Assembly (NCBI GenBank): GCA_963727255.1
Contig: CAVSFC010000002.1
Span: 64,001-128,000 of the forward strand
DNA from: an uncultured bacterium
Lineage (GTDB): Bacteria; Babelota; Babeliae; Babelales; Vermiphilaceae
Direction: 5' to 3'
Length of the DNA: 64,000 nucleotides
A model generated the notes under the pieces. That model had not been told where the DNA came from. It worked only from the letters and a program-made list of their open reading frames with translations, and did no database searches. Shown piece after piece: positions 41,868-53,647 of the stretch; the first letter of the stretch is position 1; every line of letters starts with the position of its first letter. Position numbers and translations under genes: made by a program.

Positions 41868-42520
41868 ATGGCACAGATATACCCTTCATTATTAGCCGCA
41901 GATCAGGGAAATCTGGATCATTATATTAAAGAACTTGAGCCCTATGCCCGGGGTTTCATATCGATATCATGGATAATACATTTGTCCCCAATACCGGCAT
42001 TAGCGTTGAAAAGGTAACCATATCGCAAAATCACCTATCGGCAACTCTGGGTTCATCTTATGGTACAAGACCCCGAATCATACTTGAATCAGCTCCATGT
42101 TGCCTCCCGACACCATTATAACATTTCATATAGAATCGCATAAGCATTCTCCAAAATTAATAAAACAGATATTAGAAAAAAAATGGCTTCCGGGAATTGC
42201 AATTAAGCCAAAAACGGGCGATAGATGAAATTTTTCCATTCATAGAATCTCTTTATCAGGTATTGATTATGTCAGTTGAGCCTGGCTTTTCTGGCCAGCC
42301 ATTTTTGAAGAAACGCTCAAAAAGATAGGCCCGTTGATAGGGTTTCGCGATACTGCGAATTTGCATTTTAAAATAGCAATGGATGGGGGAATTGGGATAA
42401 ACAATATAAAAGAAGTAGCAGATAAAGGGAGTTGATCAGTTGGCAGTTGGATCAGAATTATTTAAGCATCCTATGGGAGCAAAAAAGGCGTATCAACTAC
42501 TTTCGGAAAAAGCAGACTAA
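41868..42520 (+). CDS. rpe: Ribulose-phosphate 3-epimerase; many frameshifts (absent from the ORF track)
   Basis: IYPSLLAAD, HIDIMD..FVPN, VHLMV, LIMSVEPGFSGQ, MDGGI. Confidence 0.9.
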
Positions 42521-42537
42521 TACGCCTTCGTATTTTA

Positions 42538-43743
42538 TTATTCAAACAAGTTCGTTGCTTTTTTTATGACCCACTGATAGGCATCATGCCCGAAATTTGC
42601 ATGCGAAGCTACTCTTGGAGCTATTGACGGATCATGATAAACATATGCCGCAACGGCGCCTACCAGTCCTAATCCTGCTCCAGCAAGCAAGAGTTGGCGA
42701 TTTTGTAAAATTCCTGGCGCGCTTTTAACGGTTTGCAATGCGCTCGCAACTGTTTTTTGTTTCTCTTCCATTGATTGGCCTGGCAATTCAGCTTTTTTTG
42801 CTGCAGCGACCAGCGCCAAATTTGGAATTATAGTGCCCGCACTCAGATATGCTTTTGAGTGAATTTTCTTTATTGCAGGCAATTGATTTCTGATATCGGA
42901 TCTTTAAATCGTATATTTCTTTTTGGTTTTCTATGAGAACCGGTAACCAAGATAGGTTTAATTTTTGAATCGTGAACCAATTTAGATTTCGGCTGATTCT
43001 TTTGGTACTGATAAATTGTAATTTTTTCACTGAGATTATTTATTGCCTGGATGAGAAAATCCATATATTGAGAATCGTGAGCATTATCAAATAAGGATGA
43101 AAATTTAATATAGGTATTTAAGCACTCATTAAGATCTGCAAACGATTCTGGCAAATGAGGTCTAAATGCTTTACTCGTTGCCAATTGGAGCGATCCGGGG
43201 ACCTTTTGCCCATTCTCATTAACTGTTTTAATCTTTTCTATGTCTTCACGTAAAGCAACTGCTAAATCTTTGAGCAATTGAGCCTCTTGAGACAATTGAG
43301 CCACTGAAGCACTCGGGCTAGCCTTAATTGTTGGTGCAATTTTGTGCAATTCAGCTCTAATCGCGTTGTAAGCCCCCTTAACAGGCTTGAACAATTCTAA
43401 TATATTTGCCCAATTTGAACTCTCGGCATCCAACTTATCTACTGCCTCTATGAAAATTATTAAAAGATTTTTTAGCGTTGGTGTGATTCTGGCAAATTAA
43501 TCAGACCGGCAAGACGTTGACTAGCCTTCAATGTATTAATGGGCTTAATATTGAAATTTCTGCTTTACTCATCAGTGTTAAAATGTCTTCGTAAATATCG
43601 TCGAATTCGTCAGCGACTTTTATAATTAACTCGGAATTTTGATGAGAAGCCGATTTCTCGTGATCGGGAGCAAGCTCCATTGCACTGGCGCTGCATGAGA
43701 TAAGGGCCAATAAGAGTAACATATACAGTTTTGCGGTTTTCAT
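42538..43743 (-). CDS. Exported hypothetical protein with a C-terminal hydrophobic anchor; frameshifted
   Basis: MKTAK..SASAME signal; LLLAGAGLGLVGAVAAYVY near the C-terminus. Confidence 0.6.
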
Positions 43744-43779
43744 AATTCCTCCATTTAGATAAAATTCCATTCACTCTTA

Positions 43780-43807
43780 ATAATAACCAAAAAATCCAAA
43801 TTGTCAA
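43780..43807 (-). promoter_or_regulatory. Sigma70-like promoter
   Basis: TTGACA-N16-TATTAT on the minus strand. Confidence 0.5.
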
Positions 43808-43881
43808 TATATAGTCCGGCCTATTTCTGGAGAAAGTCGGAGGCCTAAATTCGCTTAAATGTGCCTAAAAATGGTCGACCT

Positions 43882-43917
43882 AATAAAAAGGAGGGGTGAA
43901 TACCCCTCCTTTTTATT
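43882..43917. terminator. Rho-independent terminator
   Basis: AATAAAAAGGAGGGGT-GAAT-ACCCCTCCTTTTTATT. Confidence 0.85.
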
Positions 43918-43934
43918 GCTGAAAAGCAATAATT

Positions 43935-44495
43935 TTACGCGTTGGCCTTCACTGTCTGTTTTCTATTATTGTGGCCCTTTTTTAACCCATAGATGACTAA
44001 GGGAACTGTTATGATCGCGGCAACTGCCAATCCGGTGATTATTGGATGTTTTTTAATGGTTTCTTTTATCTGAGAAACAGAGAAGAAATCTTTAAAGGAA
44101 GACGAAGCCTGAACCACTGGAATATCTGGAGTAGTGATAGTTTCAGTAATGGGAGCCACTAGCTCTTTTACAGGAGTTGTCTCGATCGCTTTTCCGGTTA
44201 CTATATCATGAGGCTGGAATACACTCTCTTTAAACTTATTAATCTCAGCTTTAACAGCTTTTGACAATTCTTTAACTTTAGGCGCACTTTCAGTATACAG
44301 TTCTTGCGCTTTGGCGCTTGCGATTGCAAAACCATTTTTCAGGTTTTTTTCAATTTTTGCATTAAATTCGGCGGCAGCCTCTTGCAAGCCTGCCGGGAAC
44401 TCAGCCATTGGATCTTCCATAGCAACCATTGGGATGCTTGAAACAAGCAAAAGAGCTGAAAGCGTTACCAGGGGAATTGATCGCATATTCTTCAT
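43935..44495 (-). CDS. Exported protein with a C-terminal tail-anchor-like segment
   Basis: MKNMRS..MVAME; KKHPIITGLAVAAIITVPLVIYGLKK. Confidence 0.75.
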   Translation of the reverse strand: MKNMRSIPLVTLSALLLVSSIPMVAMEDPMAEFPAGLQEAAAEFNAKIEKNLKNGFAIASAKAQELYTESAPKVKELSKAVKAEINKFKESVFQPHDIVTGKAIETTPVKELVAPITETITTPDIPVVQASSSFKDFFSVSQIKETIKKHPIITGLAVAAIITVPLVIYGLKKGHNNRKQTVKANA

Positions 44496-44570
44496 GCGTT
44501 TTACCTTTGAGATAGGAAGGTTAGTAAGTATTTTCTTGCTGCATATCATTAAAACTTCCTTAAAAGGACA

Positions 44571-44600
44571 CAGGCAGATGCATCTTCACACATCTGCCTG
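44571..44600. terminator. Intergenic hairpin, probable terminator
   Basis: CAGGCAGATG-N10-CATCTGCCTG. Confidence 0.55.
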
Positions 44601-44631
44601 AAAGTAATTATACTAGATTAAATCGAATTAA

Positions 44632-45812
44632 TTAAGCTTGTTTAGATTTAGGAGTTGCTACTTCGTAAGCTGGTTGAGCATTTTTCAATGCTTCAAGCAG
44701 ATTAGGTTCACGAATATCAACTGCTTTCAAAGCTGTTTCTAACTTAGCTTGACGAGCTTGAAATTGCTTTCTTGCTAAAGTTGCTTTTTTGATCGTATCA
44801 CGATTTAAATAGATCGCACCAGTGGCTACTGAAGCTGCCGAAGGAATTCCAAATGCATATGGGTGATTTGCTACAAAGCTTTTTGCAGCATTAAATTTGC
44901 CAGTATAATCGATGTTCGCAATAGCTTTACCAAGATCAGTGGCTGCATTTGAGCCAGCAGTGATCACATTGTCTAAGCTACCGTTATCATAAGCAATGGC
45001 AGTCGCAATAGCTGCAGCGGGAAGCACTACAAAAGCTGCCGTTTTCACGGTTGCTTTGCTCGGAACTAATGCTGAAGCTACCTTTTTAAGAGCTGTTTTG
45101 CTTGGAATTAATTCAGCGAGTTTAGCTTTCAAAGACTTCGATTTTGGTAATGAATCAAATAAACCAAGCTCTTTTAGCTTAGACATTGAACTAACAACAT
45201 CGGTTACAAGCTTTTTATCCATTTCTGAAGGCTTAGCAGTATTCATATCCCATGCTTGAATAGCTATTAAGAATGCTTCTAATGCATTTTTAAGAGCTGC
45301 TTCTTCAGCAGGAAGTTGGTAAATTATGCGAGACAATTTATCGCCAAGTTTATATTGACCGGCAACTTTAGCGCTATTTTTTTTAGTAGCTGATTGAATA
45401 ATAGTAGCATCATTAAGAGCTTCTTGCGCAATCAAGGTCTTTAAATCAACTTGCTTGCCTTGGAATGCCTTATAAATGCCATAACCAACAACTGGAGTTG
45501 CTACTAAAGCAGCTGCAGTAGCTGCTGCAAAATATGGGTGAGCCTTTGCAGCTTCATAAAGAGCGGCCGCTTGATTGCTTACCATATCTTTAGCTTCTGC
45601 AAAGCTTGGGCGAGCAGCCCATTTTGAAGTAGCTTTTACTGCTACAGTATTATACAAACCTTTGGCTGATGCAACCCATCCAGTTTTCATGGTGCAACCA
45701 CATCAAATGATGGTTCATCGCTTCCTGCAAATTCAAATGATTTTGCAACGGGAGCTGAAAGAAGCAACATTACTGATAATGCTGCGATTGATTTAGATCG
45801 TATATTCTTCAT
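44632..45812 (-). CDS. Exported A/K-rich protein with three hydrophobic segments; frameshift near 45690
   Basis: Signal nearly identical to 45846..46889; AHPYF..GYGIYK, FVVLPAAAIATAIAY, NHPYAFG..AIYL. Confidence 0.75.
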
Positions 45813-45845
45813 ACGATTTCCTCCATAAATAACAATTTTCAATAA

Positions 45846-46889
45846 TTAAATTTGTTTAGTTTCGTTTTTTTGTTTTTCTTTTAATTGAGCAATGACTTCA
45901 GGCTTAAATTGATTTGCCTTCGAATCAACGATACTCTTGGTTGCTGGTTTAACTACTGCTTTTTTAGCAATGCGGCCTTTTAAATAAAGACCAGCACCAA
46001 CTGCCGCAGCCGTACCAACTAAACCACCACCAACTGTTTTTGGATTATTTGCAACAAAACCTTTTGCAGCATTAAATTTGCCAGTATAATCGATGTTCGC
46101 AATAGCTTTGCCAAGATCAGTTGCTGCTTTTGAGCCAGCAGTGATCACATTGTCTAAGCTACCGTTATCATAAGCAATGGCAGTCGCAATAGCTGCAGCG
46201 GGAAGCACAACAAAAGCTGCCGTTTTCACGGTTGCTTTGCTCGGAACTATTGCTGAAGCTGCTTTTTTAAGAGCTGCTTTGCTTGGTATTAAATCAGCAA
46301 GTTTAGCTTTTAATGATTTAGGTTGCGATTTAAATAAACCAACTTGTTTTAATGCTGTTAACGCAGTAATAACGTCTTGTTTAAGATTTTGACAATTTTC
46401 AGATTTTGCATCCCATGGGAGCATATCAAATGCGATCAAGGCATTCGCATAAATTTTCACCGCATCAGAAAGAGCTTTCTCTGAAACGGGAAGCTTGCCC
46501 GATAATTCAAGCAATTTTGATCCTAATAATGCTGTCGCAGGAACTTTCTTTGCACCGTTGAGAATCGCTCTGAAAGATATACCATCTTTTAAAGCTTGTT
46601 CTGCTATTTGAGCCTTTAAATCGACTTGTTTAGCTTGAAAAGCCTTATAAATACCATACCCAACAACCGGAGCTGCAAGAGTTGCTGCTGTGACATACGG
46701 GTGTGCTTTTGCAGCTTCATAGAGCGCATTCGCAGGGTTTACTACCACTGTTTGCGCTAATTTTGAACAATTTGAACGAATTGATGACATCCAACCAGCT
46801 TTTTCATTTTCCATTGTTTGAACTACTGGGGTTGAAAGAAGCAACATTACTGATAATGCTGCGATTGATTTTGATCGTATATTCTTCAT
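45846..46889 (-). CDS. Exported A/K-rich protein, tandem paralog of 44632..45812
   Basis: MKNIRSKS..VQTME; same three hydrophobic segments. Confidence 0.8.
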   Translation of the reverse strand: MKNIRSKSIAALSVMLLLSTPVVQTMENEKAGWMSSIRSNCSKLAQTVVVNPANALYEAAKAHPYVTAATLAAPVVGYGIYKAFQAKQVDLKAQIAEQALKDGISFRAILNGAKKVPATALLGSKLLELSGKLPVSEKALSDAVKIYANALIAFDMLPWDAKSENCQNLKQDVITALTALKQVGLFKSQPKSLKAKLADLIPSKAALKKAASAIVPSKATVKTAAFVVLPAAAIATAIAYDNGSLDNVITAGSKAATDLGKAIANIDYTGKFNAAKGFVANNPKTVGGGLVGTAAAVGAGLYLKGRIAKKAVVKPATKSIVDSKANQFKPEVIAQLKEKQKNETKQI

Positions 46890-47013
46890 ACGATTCCTCC
46901 ATAATTAATTTAAAAAATAACCAACATTCTATTACTTACTCTAGATTAAATTAAAAAACTGTCAATCTATAGTTATATAAGCTTCAAAATTCAATTCAAA
47001 TAGAAACTTTAAA

Positions 47014-47045
47014 GTAATGGGCCAGCTTCTACACTGACCCATTAC
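47014..47045. terminator. Intergenic hairpin, probable terminator
   Basis: GTAATGGGCCAG-N8-CTGACCCATTAC. Confidence 0.6.
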
Positions 47046-47071
47046 ATGTTTTCTAATAGAATTAGACCTGT

Positions 47072-47383
47072 TTACCCAGCCTTTTTAGCTTTTGAAAATT
47101 TCTGAGCAAGCAGATAACCTGCTCCTAAGAGACCAACAACTGCTGCTGAACCGAAGATGACCGGATGCTTAGCAACATACGCAACTGCACCGTTGGCAAA
47201 GCCTTTATCGCCAAATCCAAGCTTTTGTCCTGCATTCTTAAAGCCGTTAGCCATAGAAGTAGCCATGGTACCCATAGCTTTATAGGCAGAAGTAGCTTTG
47301 ATATCAAAAGCGGAAGCGTTTGCCATATGGAGTAACAGCGCGAGGGATAAAACTGGTAAAGATGAAGATTTAATTAATTTCAT
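47072..47383 (-). CDS. Small exported protein with a C-terminal tail-anchor-like segment
   Basis: GGAGG RBS, signal ..ANASAFD; YVAKHPVIFGSAAVVGLLGAGYLLAQKFSKAKK. Confidence 0.75.
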   Translation of the reverse strand: MKLIKSSSLPVLSLALLLHMANASAFDIKATSAYKAMGTMATSMANGFKNAGQKLGFGDKGFANGAVAYVAKHPVIFGSAAVVGLLGAGYLLAQKFSKAKKAG

Positions 47384-47546
47384 GAGATTCCTCCAAATGA
47401 AATCTAAAATAATAACATCCATACCTATAAGGTAAACTAAATAAAAATGGTGTCAAACCTGATCAGATCGAATCAATATATTAATTTTCAGATTGAATTT
47501 TAAGCCGATAGTTGATTCTGGTTTTTACTGGTATACTCTCTGAATC

Positions 47547-48598
47547 ATGAAAGTTATCAAACTTACCCCTCCATCGCTTGCTGAATGGAACATAGAGCAT
47601 CGAATAACCTGCATTCGTGCCCACCGAGAACGGCTTTTTAATGTTTCTACTCAGCAGTCCGATGGGAAGCTAATCATCCACAACTATGGCCAGGGAGGGG
47701 CAGGCTGGACCTTCCTTTTTGGGTGCGTTAACCAGGCAATCAGGCTCTTTGAACAGAATTCCCCTTCAAAAAAGACCCCTATTGCCGTTATTGGGGCCGG
47801 ATGCTATGGGCTCTTGACGGCCATTATTCTGGCAAGAAAGGGCTATAACACTCGCATTATCGCCAAAGAGACCGATGGTCTGCCCTCGGCCCAGGCAGCA
47901 GGCTTCTTCTTTCCCCGCCCTCGAAAATCATCGACCCCTGCTGAAAGGGCCCTATTTGAGAGCAATGGGATAGAATCCTATCGCACCTATCTGCAGATTC
48001 TGAGCGGCGAGCATCCTTTTATTCAGGGGGGGCCCAGCTTTTGCCCGCTTATTATGGTTTAGACATTGATCCGGGCTTTGGGCCGTATCTGGGCAATAAA
48101 CTTATTGAGGCTCCTGACCCCGTTATCATCGATTTTGGCAATGGCAAAAGGTATGATGCCATACGCCATCAGCAGGTGTTTATCCACACTTCAACTCTGA
48201 TGCAAGAATTGAACCGTAATGCTATCGATTTGGACATACCGATCATAAAAGAAGAAATCGCCCAATTTAATGATATCCCTGAACCGATCATATTCCATTG
48301 TGCAGGTTTGGGAGCTCGGATGCTAACTTGCGATTCCCGGCTTGTTCCGGTCCAAGGCCATTTGATAACCCTCAAGAATCAGCCGCATCTTGATCAGTTG
48401 CAGTATATGATCAATGTTAAAGTGGTTCAGAAAACTCCGTTAGGAAGACTGCGGGATGAATTAATTTATTATGCACCTAAGAATGAGGGCATTTTAGGCA
48501 TCACTTTTATAAGGGGTCAAGATAATCCCAACGCAAATCAGCATGAATTTGATCGGCTTTTAGAACGCAGCAGAGATTTTTTTGGAACAGATATTTGA
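47547..48598 (+). CDS. FAD-dependent D-amino-acid-oxidase-like protein; frameshift near 48035
   Basis: IIHNYGQGGAGW, IAVIGAGCYGL.TA, IIFHCAGLGAR, LVPVQGHL. Confidence 0.85.
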
Positions 48599-48643
48599 AC
48601 TGCAACACGAATCATTAATTAGCGATAGGCGCCCAGACAAATC

Positions 48644-49003
48644 TTAGTAAGGCAAAGTAACCCAAATCAACAATGCACAAATAATCAAAAGTGGAAGTAC
48701 AATAATTATAAAACCTAATTTCGTACTCTTATAACTCTCGGCTATCATTAATTTATTTCGTGTTTTTCTATAATCAATCGATGATAAAAGAATGAGTAAA
48801 CATCCCCAGAGAATAAGCGTTTCTCCAATAATATGCGCAATTATTCTATGATAATCGCTTTTAAATGTGATCAAACGTAAAATCGCTAATCCGCCGGCCA
48901 TTGCCGCAAGCGCTGTCCGTATCCATGCAGAATAGGTGCGTTCTGCAGCCAGCAATGTTCGTTCTTCTGCAAGCATTGTATTATTTATTTCTTGATTCTT
49001 CAT
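48644..49003 (-). CDS. DUF202/YidH-family membrane protein
   Basis: LAAERTYSAWIRT followed by three TMs. Confidence 0.9.
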   Translation of the reverse strand: MKNQEINNTMLAEERTLLAAERTYSAWIRTALAAMAGGLAILRLITFKSDYHRIIAHIIGETLILWGCLLILLSSIDYRKTRNKLMIAESYKSTKLGFIIIVLPLLIICALLIWVTLPY

Positions 49004-49066
49004 TTTTCACTCACTTCATTATTACAGTATAATAAATCGTATTATATTCTAATTAGGATACCAGTA

Positions 49067-49971
49067 ATGAAAAAAAAGATAGTGTATGCCCGTTTGCTAT
49101 TTTTTATTCTGCTACTGCATACCAATCTTTATCCCATCTCAATGGTTTACAACTTTCGAATTGCACAAATTACCAAACAGCCCATACACGAAGAAGATGG
49201 CACTGTAAAAAACCATACGTTAATTGCGCTCGCTTTTGAACAAGCGCGCGAAAAACGCAATCACATCTTTCAAAATTATGCAGGCGGATTGGGCTCATAC
49301 ATTTATGATTTTAAACCGTATTATTTTCGTATCGATGGTGCATTTTCAAATATTAAAGAAGTAAAGAATGGGCTCACTACATTTTCCGGAACCGAGACTG
49401 ATGATGTTCTATTTACTGCAGGTAGAAACTTTATCATTAATAAGAAAACTCGATGGACCTTCTCAGGATTATTCGGTATTCCTACACATCGTATTTATAC
49501 TTTGCAGCATAGCGACTTTGGCTTTAGCCAAATAGGGCTGGGGATCCAATTCGATGGCGGCACTGAATTGAATAGGCAGGCCGGCCTGCTTCTATGGCGC
49601 CCGATATATTCATTTTGTACCTCGCAAAGCGCTTGATAGTTTAAATGTGCCACACACCTTTACCATTGGCAACATTGCTGATTTATTGATTGCATATAAA
49701 AACAATTGGGACAAAAAACATGGTATTGAATCGGGCTATACCTTGCCGCTTTCGTTTTGGTGCTCACATCAGCCCGAATCTTGATGATATTGTAAAGAAA
49801 ACCAATTATATTCGAAGCAATTTTTATATCGTTTATAAATATCGTTTCATCTGGAACGATACTTATAATCGAATACTCTATTATCTTTCATACGGCTTTG
49901 ATCACAAACCAAGACTTTATGGCAATAAATATATCGTTACGCTTTGGGTCTCTTGGAATATCAGCTTTTAG
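49067..49971 (+). CDS. Exported hypothetical protein, possible beta-barrel; frameshifted
   Basis: Signal peptide, aromatic-rich amphipathic strands, C-terminal WNISF. Confidence 0.6.
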
Positions 49972-50022
49972 GTTTGCTATCGCAAAAGTTATTTCTTTTT
50001 TTGCTCAATGTAGTTTAAAGCT

Positions 50023-50568
50023 TCATCGCGGGGTAATCTCGCGCGAAACTATTGCAACCTGTTCCATAAAAGCTTCATCGTTTTTTGAAATACCATACCA
50101 CGTCGCAGCCCCGAGACCAATTGCCGCCGCCGCATAGGTTTTCGCCCCAATTGTTTCTGAAGGAAAGTATCCTTGTTCTGCAGCAAGCGCTGCAAAAAAT
50201 GCAGCTCCTGCCCCTATTCCGGTTGCAAGAGAGAAATAATAATAGCGAGTGCCACGTTGCTTAACTTTCTTAAGCATTTGATATTTTATTTCATCTTTCG
50301 CGGTTGAAATCTCATTGTTACTAGGCTTAAATGTTTTTGAAGTATTTATAAGCAATGCTTTTGAAGATTCAGCCGCGAAATAGATCTTTTCATTTGAGTT
50401 ATTATTATTTTCATCTTCTAGTCTCTCTTTTAATTGCGTAGAGTTGTTTGTAAAATCTTGTGCAGCTTCATTTAATCGCTGAAGTGGAGATTTTTTTTCA
50501 GAAGGCTTTTCCATGGCAATTAATTGAAACGATACAAAAATACTGAGAATTAGAGCATGCTTAAACAT
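50023..50568 (-). CDS. Exported protein with a bilobed hydrophobic hairpin
   Basis: Signal ..QLIAME; coiled coil then two hydrophobic lobes. Confidence 0.75.
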   Translation of the reverse strand: MFKHALILSIFVSFQLIAMEKPSEKKSPLQRLNEAAQDFTNNSTQLKERLEDENNNNSNEKIYFAAESSKALLINTSKTFKPSNNEISTAKDEIKYQMLKKVKQRGTRYYYFSLATGIGAGAAFFAALAAEQGYFPSETIGAKTYAAAAIGLGAATWYGISKNDEAFMEQVAIVSREITPR

Positions 50569-50655
50569 AGTTGATCCTGCGTAAATAAAGAGTTTTTTTA
50601 TAATAAATAGCATTTTAGAATAAAAGAAACAAGCGATAAATCAATCATTCGCCGA

Positions 50656-51378
50656 TTATTGTGCTTGTTGTTTTGCCCTATTCTCCAAGAACTGAATTGC
50701 TGTTTCATCGGTAATCTTTTCGTCCATGCCATCAATCTTATTGGCAATATTTTTTACTTGACGATGATGCCGCAATGCGTTAAGAAACAAGCCACCCGCT
50801 AGGAGTGAATAGCCTCGGACCCCAATAGTTGAAGTAGAAATGTAACTCAATTTTGCAGCAAGTGCGGCAACCGCCGAGATGCATGCCCCAAAAAAACTCC
50901 AGCGTGCGAAGTTTGATTGTGATTTCATTTCTTTAACGAGCGGCTCAGCTTGCTTTTTAGCGCAAAATACTTTTGCTAATGAAACGTCTGCAGGAAAATA
51001 AATTCTTGCCAGATCATTGCGTTTAGCCTGCTTCAATAAAAATAGAATATCTTCACCTTCATCCCTGAATAGCTTTATTTTCCTCTCATTTTTTAAAGTA
51101 CTAGCCACTTCTTGCGCAGCTAAAACATATTTTTCTTGTTGTTCGAGGAGGAGAATAAGAGTCGGCGAAGATTGATTTAACGGGTTTTTATTAGCATCTT
51201 CAACTTCCCTAGATAACCTGCCTATTGCATTCTCCACGCGCCCAAAATAGTTAGCGGGAGTTTCATCTGGATGTTGCTTATAACATTGAGTTATTTCTTG
51301 ATTTTTACCTGCAATCTCCTCCATTGCAGAAAGTGAAAAAGAAATTACGGTAATAAGAAGTAGAAATCGCTTAAGCAT
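50656..51378 (-). CDS. Exported protein with a bilobed hydrophobic hairpin, paralog of 50023
   Basis: Signal ..SLSAME; AALAA...Y....TIG...Y shared with the neighbour. Confidence 0.75.
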   Translation of the reverse strand: MLKRFLLLITVISFSLSAMEEIAGKNQEITQCYKQHPDETPANYFGRVENAIGRLSREVEDANKNPLNQSSPTLILLLEQQEKYVLAAQEVASTLKNERKIKLFRDEGEDILFLLKQAKRNDLARIYFPADVSLAKVFCAKKQAEPLVKEMKSQSNFARWSFFGACISAVAALAAKLSYISTSTIGVRGYSLLAGGLFLNALRHHRQVKNIANKIDGMDEKITDETAIQFLENRAKQQAQ

Positions 51379-51503
51379 GCTAGCCTTTCATAAACGTAAA
51401 ACGTATATATAGCTAAAAAAGTAAGCGAAAATGAGCAATAAATCAAACTTTCCTAAAGAATTTATTTGGATTTCTCAGCATGCACCACAAATCATGGGGA
51501 AAA

Positions 51504-52110
51504 TTAAAAACGATACCCCAGACCGACACCAAAAATAGCACCGCCAATGCTGGATCTTAGGGGCACTAAAGCCCTGCGGAGCTTGGGTAACGTGTGATGA
51601 AACTTCTGCAAAAGAATAATCGATAAACAGATCAAGTACAAAATTGCAGGAAAGATCGATATACGCTCCTACTTTAGCAATGCCTCCCAACGCCCATTTA
51701 TTTTGTTGTGGCACAAATGCTGATAGTGCTCTTGTGCGCACATGCACAGGCTGAAAGCCAAGGCCTATATAAAAATCAACGCATTCGTAACCCAAGGGCA
51801 TAAAATATTTCAAACCAAGGCCAACAGGCAGTAAACTTACTTTGGTAGGAGTACTGAGGCCAATCGAATGCCCCTTTTTATGAAAAAAATCTACACTAGC
51901 AAAGCCGTACAAACATGAATTATCACAAAGTTGGAATGTGAGCTCTGGCCCATACAATGCTCAGCCGTGCCCATAAATTTTTTTAAATCGAGAACCGGTT
52001 GCACGAAAATAGGCTCCCTTAAATTCAAGTATAATATCTCTGCTCACGAGCGGTATATTTATCAAAGCGAGCACAACCAAAAAATAACCCGATAATTTCG
52101 ATGCAAACAT
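51504..52110 (-). CDS. Small outer-membrane beta-barrel protein; frameshifted
   Basis: LEFKGAYF, LLPVGLGLKY, FYIGLG, LDLFIDY, terminal GVGLGYRF. Confidence 0.75.
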
Positions 52111-52133
52111 AAATTTTCTCTTTTATTATTCAA

Positions 52134-53544
52134 CTAACATGGTTGCGATACAGTTACAACCACAGGATTTGAGGTTGTTCCAGCGGCATTCGTGCCAATA
52201 ATATAATAGGTATAGGTAACTCCTGGCGTTCTATTATGATCTAAAAATTGTAATAGCGGTGCCGCAGGAATAATTGCCACTAAATCAGTTAATCCCGCAT
52301 CACGATAAATACTATAACTTACCGGCAATGATGTGCCCGTTACACTCCACGTAAGCATATCAATAAAATCTTCTTGCAAGAGAAATATATCTTGTGTCAT
52401 ACATCCGGTTGCAGTGATTTGGAATGATGGCAATGCAATAACATTCACCGTATTAGAAATATAATTCGAAACATAGGCAAATTCCCCATTAGGCGATATT
52501 GCAATATTTGCAGGAGATTGGTCAACTGCAATTATGGGAGGAATTACCGTGTTTGTAGCAATATCAATAATGTTAACGGTTCCTTGGCCAGGTGTTAAAT
52601 TTTGAAAACCTGTTGGAGATTCATACAGCGTATTATAATTTGATGCATAGGCATATCGCCCATCAGGAGTGATTGCAAGACCTGATGGCTGTATTCCTAC
52701 AGCTAATAGTTTTAACAATGGTATTACTGCTTAAATCAACAACACTCACCGTTGTGCCATATGGTTCAAAATTATTACTGCCAAAATTTGTTACATAGGC
52801 AAAACTACCATCAGGCGTGATTGCAATTGAAAATGGGCCGGAAAATCCGGGAATGGTGCCAACAACCGTATTATCACTTGTTCGAATGATACTGATAGTG
52901 CCAGTACCTGGATTACCATCAATATAATTAATAACATAAACATATGCTCCATTTGGCGTTACTCCTAATCCCGCAGGAGCAGTGCCAACGGTAATTGGCG
53001 ATCCAACAATAGAATTAGTTTGCAAATCAACCACGCGTACTGTTTTTCCATTACCACTCATAACCCCTTCAGGACCACCGTAATTATTAACATACGCAGT
53101 TGTTTGATTGGGAGTTATTGCAAAACCAGATGGCCCATCAAATCCACCAATAGTTCCAATTACTGTGTTAGACGGAATATCGATTATGCTTACCGTGGAG
53201 CCATTACTATTGGTTATATATGCTTTAGTACCTGATGCATTAATGGTAACGGTGTAAGGCTCACTAAAACTCGGATCATAAATGATTGTTAGCGGAAGAT
53301 TAGTATTCGCATTAATAACGCTTACCGAATCTACACCGGTAATCCCATAGCTAGTGACGCCCGAAATTCCATAATTATTATTATTCGCGACATAAACAAA
53401 ATTACTATCAGGAGTCACGGCGAGCCCGGCTGGAGTAACTCCTACCGGAATAGTTGCTACCACGGTATTAGGAGCAATAGCATTTAAAAATGATGTTGTC
53501 ATTGCCAATAAAAAGATTAACAAACAATTTAAAAATGATTTCAT
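52134..53544 (-). CDS. YVTN/YncE beta-propeller repeat protein with a C-terminal Fn3-like domain; frameshift near 52705
   Basis: Repeated P.G.AITP.G..AYV.N...TVSVID units. Confidence 0.88.
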
Positions 53545-53647
53545 TATCATTCTCCAAAATTCATAAATACAGTACACTTGCAAATGATAAAACTGCTAAC
53601 AAGAAAAATACAAGAAATTAGGGGTTGTAAAACTAAGAGGTATATGT

